Positions 38,521 to 52,400 are shown, counted from the first letter of the stretch. The stretch: 64,000 nt of DNA from Octopus bimaculoides (GCF_001194135.2 NC_068987.1:106643439-106707438); one strand, 5' to 3'. Notes: generated by a model from the letters alone, not told the origin. Numbers and translations: made by a program.

Positions 38521-38529
38521 TTTATAATT

Positions 38530-38691
38530 ATTACTGTTAATAGTAGTAGCGGTATTAATATTAGTAGCAGTATTATTATTATTATTAAAACTAGTAGTAG
38601 TAGTAGAAGTGGCAGCAGTAGTAGCAGTAGTAGTAGCAGTATTAATAGTAGAAGTAGTAGTAGCAGTAGTAGTAGTAGTAGNNNNNNNNNN

Positions 38692-38730
<39 letters not shown>
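38530..38730. repeat. (TAG)n-rich microsatellite
   Basis: Directly visible; contains a small gap. Confidence 0.9.
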
Positions 38731-38731
<1 letters not shown>

Positions 38732-39440
38732 TGTTGTAATATTAATATTAGTAATGGTAGTATTTTCATTGGTAGCAGTATTTGTATTATTGTTAATGTT
38801 GTTAGTATATATATGTGTGGTGCCTGCGTGTGTGCGTGTGTGTGTACGTCTGGGTGTGTGTGTATGTGTGTATTTGTGCGTGTGTGCGTGTGTGTGTCAA
38901 TAAATATATTAGTATCATTAATGCACTGTATAGTTTATTGAACAGTTCTACTTCAAACAAAACGATGTAGATCGATGATCAAATTGCTTTCCAGCCAATA
39001 GCAGACTATATATTTTCAGATTGGGATTCCGACGTTCAAAAGATTCTTCCTGGTATTATTGGTACCCAAAAAATACTTGCAGAAATTTCTCGGCTAATTT
39101 TATGCCACAGTGTCACTCATTAACTTTCTTGCACTCGGTTATAATATCCTTTTATTTCCAACATAATCTTTTGGTTAATTTCTTGAAAATCCTGTCTGTT
39201 TCCTTCGCTCATCTTTTTTTCTGTAAAATAGGGGTAGCTTATCCTGTCTAGGCTATATTATTAGCATTATGCTGCGTTTGAGGATCAAAACCACTTCTGT
39301 AACTTTTTAAGACATCTCAACACTTCTAAAAGCAAACTTCGTTCGTTTGTTTACGTTCATCGTAATTTGAATTTAACGTATGATAGCCTCTCATAAAGCA
39401 AGATTTCTATGCATTTTAAATTTGCAGAAAAAATTGTGGT

Positions 39441-39518
39441 GGGTAGTTTAGCTTAATCGGGCTAGAGCACCGCGACGTGTAATCACGGAGGTGTGATTTC
39501 GAGTCTCATAGCTTTCCG
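39441..39518 (+). pseudogene. Degenerate tRNA-like gene, probable tRNA-Thr(TGT) pseudogene or SINE head
   Basis: Folds by eye: D arm GCTT/GAGC, anticodon arm CCGCGA-cgTGTaa-TCACGG (one mismatch), T-loop TTCGAGT, weak acceptor stem GGGTAGT/GCTTTCC. A T7 run follows at 39524-39530. Confidence 0.55.
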
Positions 39519-41489
39519 CCTACTTTTTTTCTGCAAAATAGGGGTAGCTTATCCTGTTCAGTCTATATTATTAGCATTATCCTGCGTTTGAGAATTTAAA
39601 ATCACTTCTGTAACTCTTTAACTGTTTCCCCATTCAGGCTTGTGCCACATTTTGTCACCTCACGCCAGCATTCTTAGTTTACCTTCTTTCCTGGTCATTA
39701 TTTCTATATCAGTATCAACTTCGTCATTCATTATTCAAAAACTATTAGCTCCCTTACTCACATTAATTCATTTTCGCCCGCTGAATGTTTTTTTCTTCTC
39801 CCGGTCGTTCCTGATTCTCCTTTCTTTATTCTTGATTCTTATTTCTTCTCTTTGCTTCTTTCTCAATATTTCTTTGGATTTACTCGGCCTTTCAAGATTC
39901 AATCCTACCTGCCGTGCTCTATGATCAATGTCTACTGTAATACAACTTAAGCTATTTCCGTAATGAAATAATTTAAGAAACATTTTAAATCTTATATTTG
40001 GAACATTCATATCTAGGATATACCGTTACATATATTTTCTGAAGAAAATTAGGAACATGGCTATTAATTTATAAATGATTGAATAGAGATATAGAAGTTT
40101 ACTTAGTACGTGTACACATACACGTACGCACACACACACACATTTGTGCGTATAAGAATGGTGGTGCACACATCATCTCCCATCAGCCAGTTTCATAAAC
40201 ACAGCTAATTTTCGTATCCGGGTGTGTATATGTGTGTGAACCAATAACGACGTGTGTGAGTGATTATATTTGTACGTGCCAATGGCATTCGTTTGGAGTC
40301 TCTCTCCCTCTCTCTCTCTCTCTTTCGCGCTCGCTGTCTCTGCTGCAGAATTACATTTTTCATTCGCTTTCGACTGCGCCACAGACGTTTTACCATATCC
40401 TTAGCGCATTAAAACCATAGTTAATTACTGATTTTTCTGTCTTGCTATACACACACACACACACACACATACACACACACACACACACACACGCACGCAC
40501 ACAGACACATACACACACACACACGCACGCACAAAGAAACATACACACACATCCACATACATACACACATACGTATACATACATGTGTGTAAGTAGATAT
40601 ATATGCGATTGAGTTCATGTATGTATGTATATATATATATGNNNNNNNNNNNNNNNNNNNNNNNNNNNNNNNNNNNNNNNNNNNNNNNNNNNNNNNNNNN
40701 NNNNNNNNNNNNNNNNNNNNNNNNNNNNNNNNNNNNNNNNNNNNNNNNNNNNNNNNNNNNNNNNNNNNNNNNNNNNNNNNNNNNNNNNNNNNNNNNNNNN
40801 NNNNNNNNNNNNNNNNNNNNNNNNNNNNNNNNNNNNNNNNNNNNNNNNNNNNNNNNNNNNNNNNNNNNNNNNNNNNNNNNNNNNNNTTATATACACATAT
40901 ATGTATATGTATGTATATATATATGTATATATATATATTTATGTATATATATATGTGTGTGTGTGTGTATGTGTGTGTGTTTGTGTGTATATGTATATGA
41001 ATTTGTATGTACCCAAACATGCATACACAGATATTCACTTACACACACATTCGAATGCACATACACACATAAACACATTTATTGGACGTAACCCACATTA
41101 TCCTACAGATCACTGCAGATGAAAGATGTATAGCATATCATTATTTTCGCAGCACACAGACAGTATATTAACTTGTGATGATCGAAACGTGTTAAGTTTA
41201 AATAGATAATATACTGTGGGATGAGTGATCACTTCCATCTTCCATTTATAAATATTGCTATTAGACATTCATACAATCATGCAGATATGTATGTACGTAT
41301 TTTCTGGCAGCACGTTGAGCCGTTCTTGCTCCTTGAATGATAAAATATCTTTAAGGCTTCAGAAGGTAACTGATTTCTACAGTGCTCACGAGTCTTGTGT
41401 CCGGTCCCATCATGGCATCATAAGGCGAACAAAAGTTACTGTGTACTGCCCATGTATGCTGACGTCACTCACTCCTTTACAAACATGAG

Positions 41490-41700
41490 GGTTGGTCCCC
41501 TTATATACATTACATAAATGTCCTCGAATGTTTCAACAGAAATGACTGAGACACATCTTGAATATTGGCTGGTCATTGCAGTCTCTTGAGAGAAGTCGCC
41601 ACCCTGGGCATAGAGCCGATGGCATACGAACATCTTTCTTCAGAAGAATGATAAGAAAATCCCTAAGCAGATGCTATATGATAAACATGTTTGTGGAAAT
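41490..41700 (+). mobile_element. RTE LINE 3' fragment, highly decayed
   Basis: FQQK*LRHILNIGW...KIPKQMLY resembles the RTE post-RT consensus (F..RCLR.IL.I.W...R.PKQ.LY). Confidence 0.55.
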
Positions 41701-41984
41701 CTCCTACAGCAGAAAGTAAGAATGCGGTTTATGTTTTGCGTAAAACCGCAATGAAGGCATGTGAGTTATGAAAGATCAATTGGGAAAGCAATGCTTGACT
41801 TCGTAACCAAAGGAGAAGCGGTAAAGAATGGGTTCCGTATTTTTTTAAAAATAAAAACATGCATTTTCATGCTAAACTTAATCGAGCTGCTCGGGAACAC
41901 AACGCCAATGTTGTGAATTGGGGAGTATTATTTCAAAGACCCCCGCCCGCGTGTGAAAAGGACGTGGAGAACCGGTCAGGTAGA

Positions 41985-42720
41985 ATCAGCCAACGTGTAT
42001 TCTTCAATCATGCGCTGACCATGCGGACAAATATCATGGTCTTCTGCGCCATTGTCCTGTCAACCCTTCTATACGCCTGTGGTATTTGGACGCTGTTCCG
42101 CCGTGACTTCAAGCGCCTCGAACGCTTCCAGCAATCCAAGCTACGACAGATTCAACGGGAAGATCACATTACCAACAACGAGGTTCTTCGCCGCGTTTCA
42201 CTACCAAGCGTCGAAGCCACCATTCTTCGTCATCGTTGCCGCTGGACAAGATAGGTCCAGCGTATGGAGCACTCTCATCTCCCGAGGATCATGCCCTACG
42301 GAGAACTTGCAATCGGAACAAGACTCAGAGGAGGCCTGAAATACCGATTCAAAAAAACAGCTCAAACGGACCCTGGCTCAAACTAATATCCAGCCATCCT
42401 CATATGAACAGATTGACATGGATAGGACAGCCTGGAGGACTGCCATCCGCAAAAGAGGACTGCCATCCGAATTAGAACGTAAAACGCAGGAGAAGAAAGG
42501 AGCGTCTTCAACATCCTCGACCCGCACCGACTATCGTGTGCGAAATCTGACCTCGAATCTTTCACCACCGATACGGACTCCAAAGTCACATTCGGCACAA
42601 ACAACTTCTGAGGGGACTGGATAGAAACTGACGAACCCAATGCTCAGATACGAGCTGGAACCGACGAGTAGTAGTAGTAGTAGTAGTAGTGGATGTGGTA
42701 GTGGTAGTAGTAGTAGTAGT
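41985..42720 (+). mobile_element. 5'-truncated RTE-clade LINE (post-RT region + C2H2 finger) with a (GTA)n tail
   Basis: AIVLSTLLYACGIWTLFRRDFKRLERFQQSKLRQI..EDHITNNEVLRRVSLPSVEATILRHRCRW, ...PRIMPYGEL, ...VCEI*PRIFHHRYGLQSHIRH. The (GTA)n run begins at about 42666. Confidence 0.85.
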
Positions 42721-45009
42721 ATCCCTTTGCTCCTTTTGGCGCAAGGCCTAAAATTTTAATGGATGGTGATAATGGATTACACAGATCATAGTACTCAACT
42801 CGTATTTATACCAACGACCACAAAAGATAAGATGTAAGGTCGAAGTCGTCGGACAAGTTTGACGTTAAACGTTTAACCGGCGCGCAAACGTTTCTGCCGA
42901 CCTATTCTGCAAGGTAAATTTAGTGAGCTTTTTGTGTACATATGTGGAAAATTATATGTTGAATATAGTAAGTGAGAAATGAAAATAAATATGAATACAT
43001 ATATTTTTAGTGTAATAATTGCGTGTAGGAAATATATTTTTGTAGATAGTGGTAAAAATTAATAATGTATATTGATGAAGTTGCAAATAAAATATGCAAT
43101 TATTATGACGTGAAGAGCACGCGTGAGACAAAAATGACCTAAATACGAGGTAGGTTTTTTTTTAACCATGGAAATGGAGGCAGAATCCTGAACGACTGTA
43201 GCATCGAGCAAGTCTCATTAAAAGAGAAAAAAAAACTTGGCATATTAATCGAATATTTTGTATGATGTCTTTTTCCTCTGATTAGGGAAAGACTACAGCA
43301 CGCGCATAGCATACGTTTAGTCAACAATATTGTTAATATAGAGAAAACAAAATCTTGGAATTATCACACAAATCGCCTCAACTATAAAACCTGAATAAAT
43401 TGCTTCTTTCCTTAATTTATATTATAGAGTACAATGCGTGCCTCGCCAGTCTGTAAACCACTTATTCCGTTTAATATTTACAGATCAGAACTTGATTGAC
43501 GCCTTCGTATACACTGCTCGAAAACTGAATAGTGAGTAGTCAGTGAGCAAATTATAAAAACTGCTATCATTTGGAAAGATATTGTATATTAGACTATGGA
43601 TTTAAGTCACTCAATTCCCTATATTTATACACAATAACCTACTGGCATATTCTGTAGTACAGTGTAGTTTTAAAAAAGTCTACAAGTAGTATTGACATTA
43701 GCGGTTAAGAGGACGCACGCTTAATGATGAAATTCAAAGCAGGATTGAAACTGGTGCAGCTGATTTCTATTCTCTAGTCTATGAAAATAGTGTATTAGAG
43801 GTAAACTTAGTTACGTCTATGCTTACATACTAGTTTCCCCCTAACACTATGGATAGATAATCTGTACTTACCTACAGGTTTGAAAACAAAAAACCCAAAA
43901 CAAACCTTTAATGCATCAGTAATTAAATATTATACGAAGTAGTTGCCAATCAATATACGATGTAATATGCAAGTCAGTCCATCTGATTTCCTTAATCTTA
44001 ATTATTGAGAAAGAATGGGTTGATGAGCAATGATCCTAATTTCCGCATGGTGGTGACATCTAAACCTAAGATTGAAGCAAATGCGACTGATATTTTTCCT
44101 GCACATGAAATACAGTAAAGAGAAGCTGTTTACAAGTGTGACATACAATTTTGTTTACATCTGTGAAGTATTATGTATTCATACTTTAGGTAAGTCTTTC
44201 TGAAGTTTGTGCAACATGATAGCAAACAGTATAATATTCACATCAGCTCTGACAACAAATATCTAATATTCATGTCTATTAGATTTTATTAATGTTTGCT
44301 ATGTTCCATCAATATAAATTTACTGTGGATCTTTATTCCTGGCTGTTTCGGAGGAATCATTGATCAGAAGAGACAAATGATTTAACATGTTGCAGTCATT
44401 TCCATTACATCTTATTTTCAGACAGTATAAATAGAATCATTAAGATTGTACAGTGTAATATAAAAGTAATATCAATGCTTATAGATGCCTTGATGCAGTT
44501 CGAAGTTGATCGGGAAAATTCTACGACAAAAAAGTATTCCAGCCGTGACTATCACTTTCACTTTAAAGCTGTTGGTGCCTCAGATTTTGTTATTTAAAAT
44601 ATCATCTCTACTTTATAGAACTAGAGATTTGGCCTCTGTATCTTGCACAAGAAAGCCGTTTAGATAACCCATCATCAGCTTCATACTTTGATACAGTATC
44701 AAGCTTGATACACACACACACACATGCACACATAGACACAAAAAAGGTGCGCCTGTGCATGTGCACATGCATGCGCTTACTCACGCGCCTACATACACCT
44801 GCACACAGAGTTATATATCAGGTGGAAGAGTTGAACAACTGTAGAATTTGCTCCTTTAGACAGAGCTAATCTGTGATTAATGTACACATGGTCATTGCTC
44901 CACAAATGAATGCCGTCTCCATCTGTTTCCTCCTAGTAAAGAGCCTTTCTTACATTTTATGACGTCTCTGATGAATATTCAGCCCCACTGCAATACTGCA
45001 AGGTCCGAG

Positions 45010-45465
45010 GTATAGACACAAGCGCAGATGTGTGGTAATAACCTTGCTTCCCATCTACATAGTTCTAGGTTCAGTCCCACTGCGTGGTACCTTGGACAAG
45101 TGTTTCTAATATAGCCTCGGGCCAACCAAATCCCGAATGGATTTGGTAGACATGAAACACACGCACACACATACACACACACACATACACACACACACAC
45201 ACACACTCACATACACACACACACAAATATACACAAATATGTGCTTTGTGTCTGTTTTTGTCCCCCACCATCGCTTGACAAACGGTATCGATGTGATTAC
45301 GTCCCCGCAACCTAGCGTTTTGGCAAAAGAGCCCGGTAGAATAAGTACTAGACTTTAAAAATATGGAAGACTTGCGGCCGCTTTATTAGATTAGAAGCTT
45401 TAAAGACGATACCCCTGCATAGCCGCAGTCAAATAATTGAAACAAGTGAAAGATAGGTGAAAGAC
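45010..45465 (+). mobile_element. SINE-C, diverged, with an internal (CA)n tract
   Basis: Head, atagcctcgggcc...ggatttggtagac, microsatellite, then gtcccccaccatcgcttgacaa...gcagtcaaataattgaaacaagtgaaagata. Confidence 0.75.
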
Positions 45466-47204
45466 GAAAGCTGTGAATTACTGTGCGCATCCAACTGGTT
45501 ACGTCTGTATACAACACCACTGTTTCATCAGCGAAGGACTTTTAGTAGACGCAATGACAAATGAGGTAACTTTAATGAGATGACTATACACAATTTGATT
45601 CATTATAGTGATAAATACCTGTACGTCATGGATTCCACTACCTGGTTCCCTGTGTTTTTTGTACCTAGTGACTGGCCGAAAGGACCTGATATATAAGACT
45701 CCACTTTTATGTCAGTGCTTCTCCTTTAGAAGGATGCTGTAGCAACAACTAAGTGTCCCTCACTCTCTGATTTTGCTGACCCATCCCTGACATCGGGCCG
45801 TTCAGAGGATGGTCAGCACATATGCTAGTTTACCTATAACCATAATCCTTACAGGTGCAACTACGCCGCGTGAGAGTAGATCACGTAGCAATAGTGTTTA
45901 GGAGGTGTTATACACTCTTCAATACTCTGGGCCTCCTGAACACAAGCCATACACAGGAAATACATGCATGCAGGCATACATACACAGATACATATACACA
46001 TACATACATACATGCATGCATACATACATACATACAAACATACATGCATACATACATACAAACATACATACGTATACACGTTTTGAAACCTACACATATG
46101 CAAGTTTATATATATATATATATANNNNNNNNNNNNNNNNNNNNNNNNNNNNNNNNNNNNNNNNNNNNNNNNNNNNNNNNNNNNNNNNNNNNNNNNNNNN
46201 NNNNNNNNNNNNNNNNNNNNNNNNNNNNNNNNNNNNNNNNNNNNNNNNNNNNNNNNNNNNNNNNNNNNNNNNNNNNNNNNNNNNNNNNNNNNNNNNNNNN
46301 NNNNNNNNNNNNNNNNNNNNNNNNNNNNNNNNNNNNNNNNNNNNNNNNNNNNNNNNNNNNNNNNNNNNNNNNNNNNNNNNNNNNNNNNNNNNNNNNNNNN
46401 NNNNNNNNNNNNNNNNNNNNNNNNNNNNNNNNNNNNNNNNNNNNNNNNNNNNNNNNNNNNNNNNNNNNNNNNNNNNNNNNNNNNNNNNNNNNNNNNNNNN
46501 NNNNNNNNNNNNNNNNNNNNNNNNNNNNNNNNNNNNNNNNNNNNNNNNNNNNNNNNNNNNNNNNNNNNNNNNNNNNNNNNNNNNNNNNNNNNNNNNNNNN
46601 NNNNNNNNNNNNNNNNNNNNNNNNNNNNNNNNNNNNNNNNNNNNNNNNNNNNNNNNNNNNNNNNTATATATATATATGTACACATATATATATATACATA
46701 TTTATATAAATGTATGTGTGAGGGTTTGAAAGCGCGTGTATGCGTATATGTATGTGTGTGTGTATGCGCGTGCCTAGTTAGATATGTAAGTAGATAGATA
46801 GATAGATAGATAGACTAGACGGTACACTTTACTTATGCTTATGTAGTAATGAAGAGTTTTCGATAATAATTGCCTGCTATTTCTAGGAGATCGAACGACC
46901 GAGAATCATTACACTTGCTGACGCAATTAAATATTCTATCTTTAATTTTCAGTCTCGAAGTACAGGAAACAGTCAGTGTCCGATTGATCAATTTGTTAAG
47001 AACATCTCTTTGAAGTTGTTCACCACCTTCTATCATTTTATCGATTTTTACTTGATCTGGTATTTTTATCGATCAATGCTCGGTAGATTTTCATGATGTC
47101 ATATTTGTCTTTTTGTTTCTATTTTTAGTGTTCTTGTCTTTTCCATTGACCCCATTTAAATATTCTCATCAGCATTACATCACCTTGTAATATTGGTTCC
47201 AAAT

Positions 47205-47510
47205 TTTGGCCCGAGAGCAGTAATTTGGGGGGAGGGACAAGCAGATTTCATGGACGACAGTGATCAACTGGTACGTACTTTATCGGCCCCCAAAGGATGA
47301 AAAGCAAAGTCAACCTCGATCTGAAATATATGGAGGTAGGGTTAGTCGATTACATCGCTCCAAGTGCTTGCCCGGCACATATTCTATCGACCCCGAAAGG
47401 AAACTATACTAAGACGATCGATCGGAATTTGAACTCAGAGCGTAAAGCCGGAAAGATGCGGAGAAGCATTTTGTCCTGCGTGCTAACGATTCTGTCATAA
47501 TAATCCATTC
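47205..47510 (-). mobile_element. Two tandem diverged SINE-A fragments
   Basis: atcg(g/a)cccc(c/g)aaagga occurs twice, then ggaatttgaactcagagcgtaaag...gcgtgctaacgattctg. Confidence 0.65.
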
Positions 47511-48471
47511 TCCTGTAGGCAAAAGTGCTTAAAATGTTGGGTAAGAGCGATGCAGTTCTGTGTGTGTTTATTGTATATTTTCTTATGTATTCTCGATTGC
47601 TATAATATTTGTAATTCTCTCCATATTTTGCGCAATTGAATTGCGTTTCTGAATGCATAAATAAAATTATTTTTCACTCAGAAACATTTTATTGGAAATG
47701 AAATTCTGAATAACCGAAATAGTCAGGTTATCTCCCATTGTGGGTTACCCACAGATTTTTTTGTGATAGTTCTGTTGTTTTTATTTTTTTGTTAATATAA
47801 TTCAACATTTGTTTCTATCGTCTTTAGCGCTGAGGGTTATGACTTACTTTTTAAACAAACATATATAATTTTAGAGTCGATTTATCATAGCTTCCATTTT
47901 CAGCATTATGACATAGGCATCTCGGATTACACGAAGAAGCATACGGAAACGCTTACAGTTCAATGGTCTTGTCTCTTTCAATCCTATCATTCACTAATTA
48001 TGCTGGTTAATCTCTGATTCTCGATAACAATATATTGAAGTTCTTGATGTATATCGTTTGTATTTATATCTGGCACAACTGTACATGTCCGTGTGCTTAA
48101 ATAAAAAGCAATATTTGTTTTAATTTCTTCTTAGTGACACGAAATAAGAGATAAATATAGCTCTATGCATATAGGTTCGTGATCTATGCATGTCTCAATT
48201 CCATTGTGCAAGTTCATTTCTACGATATCTTCAAATGGTAGTTTCTATAGATTACATTCCATCATGAATAAAATTTTATATATTGCAGTGAATAGTTGTT
48301 TTAAATTCTTTCATCCTTTCATTCGAAAGTCTAAAGCAATTGGCTACAAAGTTTTCACTTACATTCTATACATTGTTAGATTTTCCATATTATTGAAATG
48401 TCCAAAATTCCTAATATCCCAAAATTAATTTGCATAAACTGAGGTAACATTTGTCCGCATACTATTCACAC

Positions 48472-48520
<49 letters not shown>

Positions 48521-49034
48521 CGTATGCGCAAGAATGTATTTCACTTAATTTATAAGATATTTACAGTATTACGTATTCAATTCCTGAATTCTAAGTATTG
48601 ATTTCTAGCATAGCTCCAACATCTCAAAATTAATAGGAAACAGAGTTGATTAGATCGACCTCAATAATGAAGTAAGTGTTAGTTCGTAGCCCACAGAAGA
48701 ATATAAGGTCAAATCGAAATCTTCGGAATTTGAATACTGAATTTAAAGCTGCATCACTAAATATCACATGACAGTTTGCGTCCTCCACCGATTCTTGCAA
48801 AATACTACCTCTCCGAACTGAATAGTATGAAGAATTCATCTCCTAGAGCGATGCAATAGCAGACTCAGTAAGGTGGCAGAGAAAACGCTTTGTTTATTGA
48901 ATTATCTATGTTTTCAATTCCCTCGTTTTGCCTATCACAATGTATGTGTTCTGATTAAACACTTGTTACACAATGGAGATAAACCTAATATACGTTCTCC
49001 CGGGAAGATATGACGACAACAACTGCGTGCGCAT

Positions 49035-49071
<37 letters not shown>

Positions 49072-49521
49072 CAGAAATGGGACAAGAACGCAGTTAGGTG
49101 GTACAAAAAAAAAAGGGGATAGCAAAACATCCAGACAGACGATGCAAAGAAAACAAGGACGGGTCATTCGGAATTTTCTATCCTCGGTGGAGTTCCAGAT
49201 TATCTGTGCAATTTTGGCTGGATATACTCGAGATAGCTCCAATATCGTCCAACGAAAAACTAATCTAAGAGCATTAAATTCCTCGGAAGAATACAGAGAA
49301 TGTATACGAAAACAAGGACGGAAAAAAAAACAGAGAAATGTTACTCATATACAAATGCAATTAACAGGACATAACAACAGGTGTCTTTCGACTAAGGACG
49401 AATTAAATTTAGATGGCGTGTGTGGAAGTAAAGCCTTACGGCAGGGACATAAATTTTAACCGGCACAGAGAGGGATATAAATGTTGCACGGATGGTAGTA
49501 CATATATATTTATCATATATA

Positions 49522-50260
49522 CAGGGTTCGATGAGTACGTTGTCGCTCTTTTATATTTTTTATTTCGTGCATGCGCATTGTTTATTTTTGATTTTGTCGA
49601 CAACAGAGTATAGTAGGGTCCACTGGGCATCGTCTGTGAGAAAAACACCACCGTTACGTATTTCATCCAATCCTGTCAGAAATTTGGAAATGATATGTCG
49701 TACTGGCTGGCATTCGCACCACAATCTCCAATACGAACATTTAAGAGTGTCTGGGTGTCAGTCAGAAGATAGTGCAATCTGAGGAGTTGTAGAGAGAGTG
49801 ATAAAAATCAAACATCTAATTAATGTCATGACGTTTGGAGTGATTAGTAGTGATGCCTTCCCACACGGCCTCAGAATCAATACGGAGACCTACATCAAGT
49901 GTCTGGAGGAGATAGTGCTGCCCTGGCTAAAGATGGTGGCAGCTAGAAGACCCTATGTCTGGCAACAGGACTCTCCACCATGCCACATAACCAGGAGAAC
50001 CCAGTCATATTTGTTAGACAATTTCTGCGACCACATCACCCATGACATCTGACAACCTAGCTCCCCAAACTACAACCTCCTTGATTATTATGTGTTTGGG
50101 TGCAGTTCAGCGAGAAACTAACAAATCTCCTTGTAAAACCACAGATGAACTGAAGGCAAGGATTATGGCAGCATTCACAACATAAACAAGGTGATCGTCC
50201 AGAAAAAAAAAATGGAAGCCGTGCGTGAAGCCAGTGGCGATTTTATTACATAAATTAACT
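49522..50260 (+). mobile_element. Tc1/mariner DNA transposon relic with D37D spacing (maT-type), internally deleted
   Basis: YIKCLEEIVLPWL...PYVWQQDSPPCH...DI*QPSSPNYNLLDYYV, with 37 residues between the QQD Asp and the LDY Asp. The 5' end TA|CAGGGT is TIR-like; no matching 3' TIR is seen. Confidence 0.8.
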
Positions 50261-50315
50261 CTAGCATTTCAAATACCTCAGGAATGAGGTAAGGCACTCT
50301 TCTCTTAATTTTGAC

Positions 50316-50350
<35 letters not shown>

Positions 50351-50559
50351 GATGCCGTTCTTGTTTTATTAAAGCGGTGAGGTGGCCCAATTGTTAGCTC
50401 ACCGGACAAAACGTTTATTGTCTATGTTTACCTTCTCGTGAATTTTCCATTTGGCGTCCATAAAATAGGCAGCAGTATATTAAGGGAGTCGATGTAGTCA
50501 ACTCTCTCCCTCGAACAGGTCTTGTGCTTATATTAGAGAAACCAATTATTACTGTGGGG

Positions 50560-50700
50560 GCGAGCTATTAGAATCATTAGCATGCCGGAAAAAAACGATT
50601 AACGCTATTTCGTTCGCCTTCATGTTCTGAATTCAAACAGTCGAATTGGGAATCGCTTTTCCTTCATTCGGTATCGATGTGATCGACCAGGCCCTCTCTC
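50560..50700 (+). mobile_element. SINE-A, diverged
   Basis: ggcgagctattagaatcattagcatgccgg...gctatttcgttcgccttcatgttctgaattcaaa. Confidence 0.6.
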
Positions 50701-50735
50701 TTACAATTTCAGGCCTCATTCATTTAGTAGAAAAG

Positions 50736-50736
<1 letters not shown>

Positions 50737-50800
<64 letters not shown>
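50737..50800. repeat. (ACT)n microsatellite
   Basis: Directly visible. Confidence 0.95.
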
Positions 50801-51249
50801 ATTTATTATTATCCTCATCGTCATCATCGTCATCATTATTAGGTATGCATTCATTTTCTGTATGTTGTTCTGTGTTAACAACAATGTCACGCTTAACACC
50901 GCCTTTATTGAATTTTATTTCCCCAGATCTTTTCAAATCGCCACATTATTAACACATTTAACATAAAGGCTCTTTGGGTTGTTAATATGTTTTAAATATT
51001 TTATATCATTCTATAACCCGTGCTATTCCAATGCATCAGGCGTTAAGTAACTCGTCCTTCATATGACATGAAGTCATCTAGCATTGTATCGCATACTGTT
51101 GAAATTATCATCTTCCAATATAATCTCTTCCACCACACATGCATTTACTATCATGCGTGCTGCCTACCTATTACTGAATTAGACTGTTGATCTGACTATC
51201 CATCTCTCTGTGTAATTATTCAGGTCTCACTGCCTTTCAGAGTCCATCC

Positions 51250-51470
51250 CTCTCTCTTCCTCTCTTTTAGTCTTCTCTCTCTCTCTCTATCTCTTTTAGT
51301 CTTCTCTCTCTCTCTCCATCTCTTTTAGTCTTCTCTCTCTCTCTATCTCTTTTAGTCTTCTCTCTCTCTCTCTTTTAGTCTTCTCTCTCTCTCTCTCCCT
51401 CTCTCTCCCTCTCTCTCCCTCTCTCTCACTCTCCCCCTCTCTCACTCTCTCTCACTCTCTCTCTCTCGCT
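51250..51470. repeat. CT-rich minisatellite (about five copies of TCTTTTAGTCTT(CT)n) grading into (CT)n
   Basis: The repeated unit tcttttagtcttctctct is visible between about 51260 and 51390. Confidence 0.85.
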
Positions 51471-52350
51471 TCTACACTATGCATACATAAAGAAGTACCA
51501 AACTATCGCACAGAGACTGCCAACATATACAAATATACATACATGTATGTGTGTGCGAGGCGCGCGCATGTATCCATAAATATACACGCACATGTATACG
51601 CACATACGCATATACATNNNNNNNNNNNNNNNNNNNNNNNNNNNNNNNNNNNNNNNNNNNNNNNNNNNNNNNNNNNNNNNNNNNNNNNNNNNNNNNNNNN
51701 NNNNNNNNNNNNNNNNNNNNNNNNNNNNNNNNNNNNNNNNNNNNNNNNNNNNNNNNNNNNNNNNNNNNNNNNNNNNNNNNNNNNNNNNNNNNNNNNNNNN
51801 NNNNNNNNNNNNNNNNNNNNNNNNNNNNNNNNNNNNNNNNNNNNNNNNNNNNNNNNNNNNNNNNNNNNNNNNNNNNNNNNNNNNNNNNNNNNNNNNNNNN
51901 NNNNNNNNNNNNNNNNNNNNNNNNNNNNNNNNNNNNNNNNNNNNNNNNNNNNNNNNNNNNNNNNNNNNNNNNNNNNNNNNNNNNNNNNNNNNNNNNNNNN
52001 NNNNNNNNNNNNNNNNNNNNNNNNNNNNNNNNNNNNNNNNNNNNNNNNNNNNNNNNNNNNNNNNNNNNNNNNNNNNNNNNNNNNNNNNNNNNNNNNNNNN
52101 NNNNNNNNNNNNNNNNNNNNNNNNNNNNNNNNNNNNNNNNNNNNNNNNNNNNNNNNNNNNNNNNNNNNNNNNNNNNNNNNNNNNNNNNNNNNNNNNNNNN
52201 NNNNNNNNNNNNNNNNNNNNNNNNNNNNNNNNNNNNNNNNNNNNNNNNNNNNNNNNNNNNNNNNNNNNNNNNNNNNNNNNNNNNNNNNNNNNNNNNNNNN
52301 NNNNNNNNNNNNNNNNNNNNNNNNNNNNNNNNNNNNNNNNNNNNNNNNNN

Positions 52351-52400
<50 letters not shown>

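Noticed and set aside
45856-45905. Acceptor-like ccttacag followed by a short open frame (ATTPRESRSRSNSV*)
   Set aside because: Too short, and the frame and donor are ambiguous; expected by chance.
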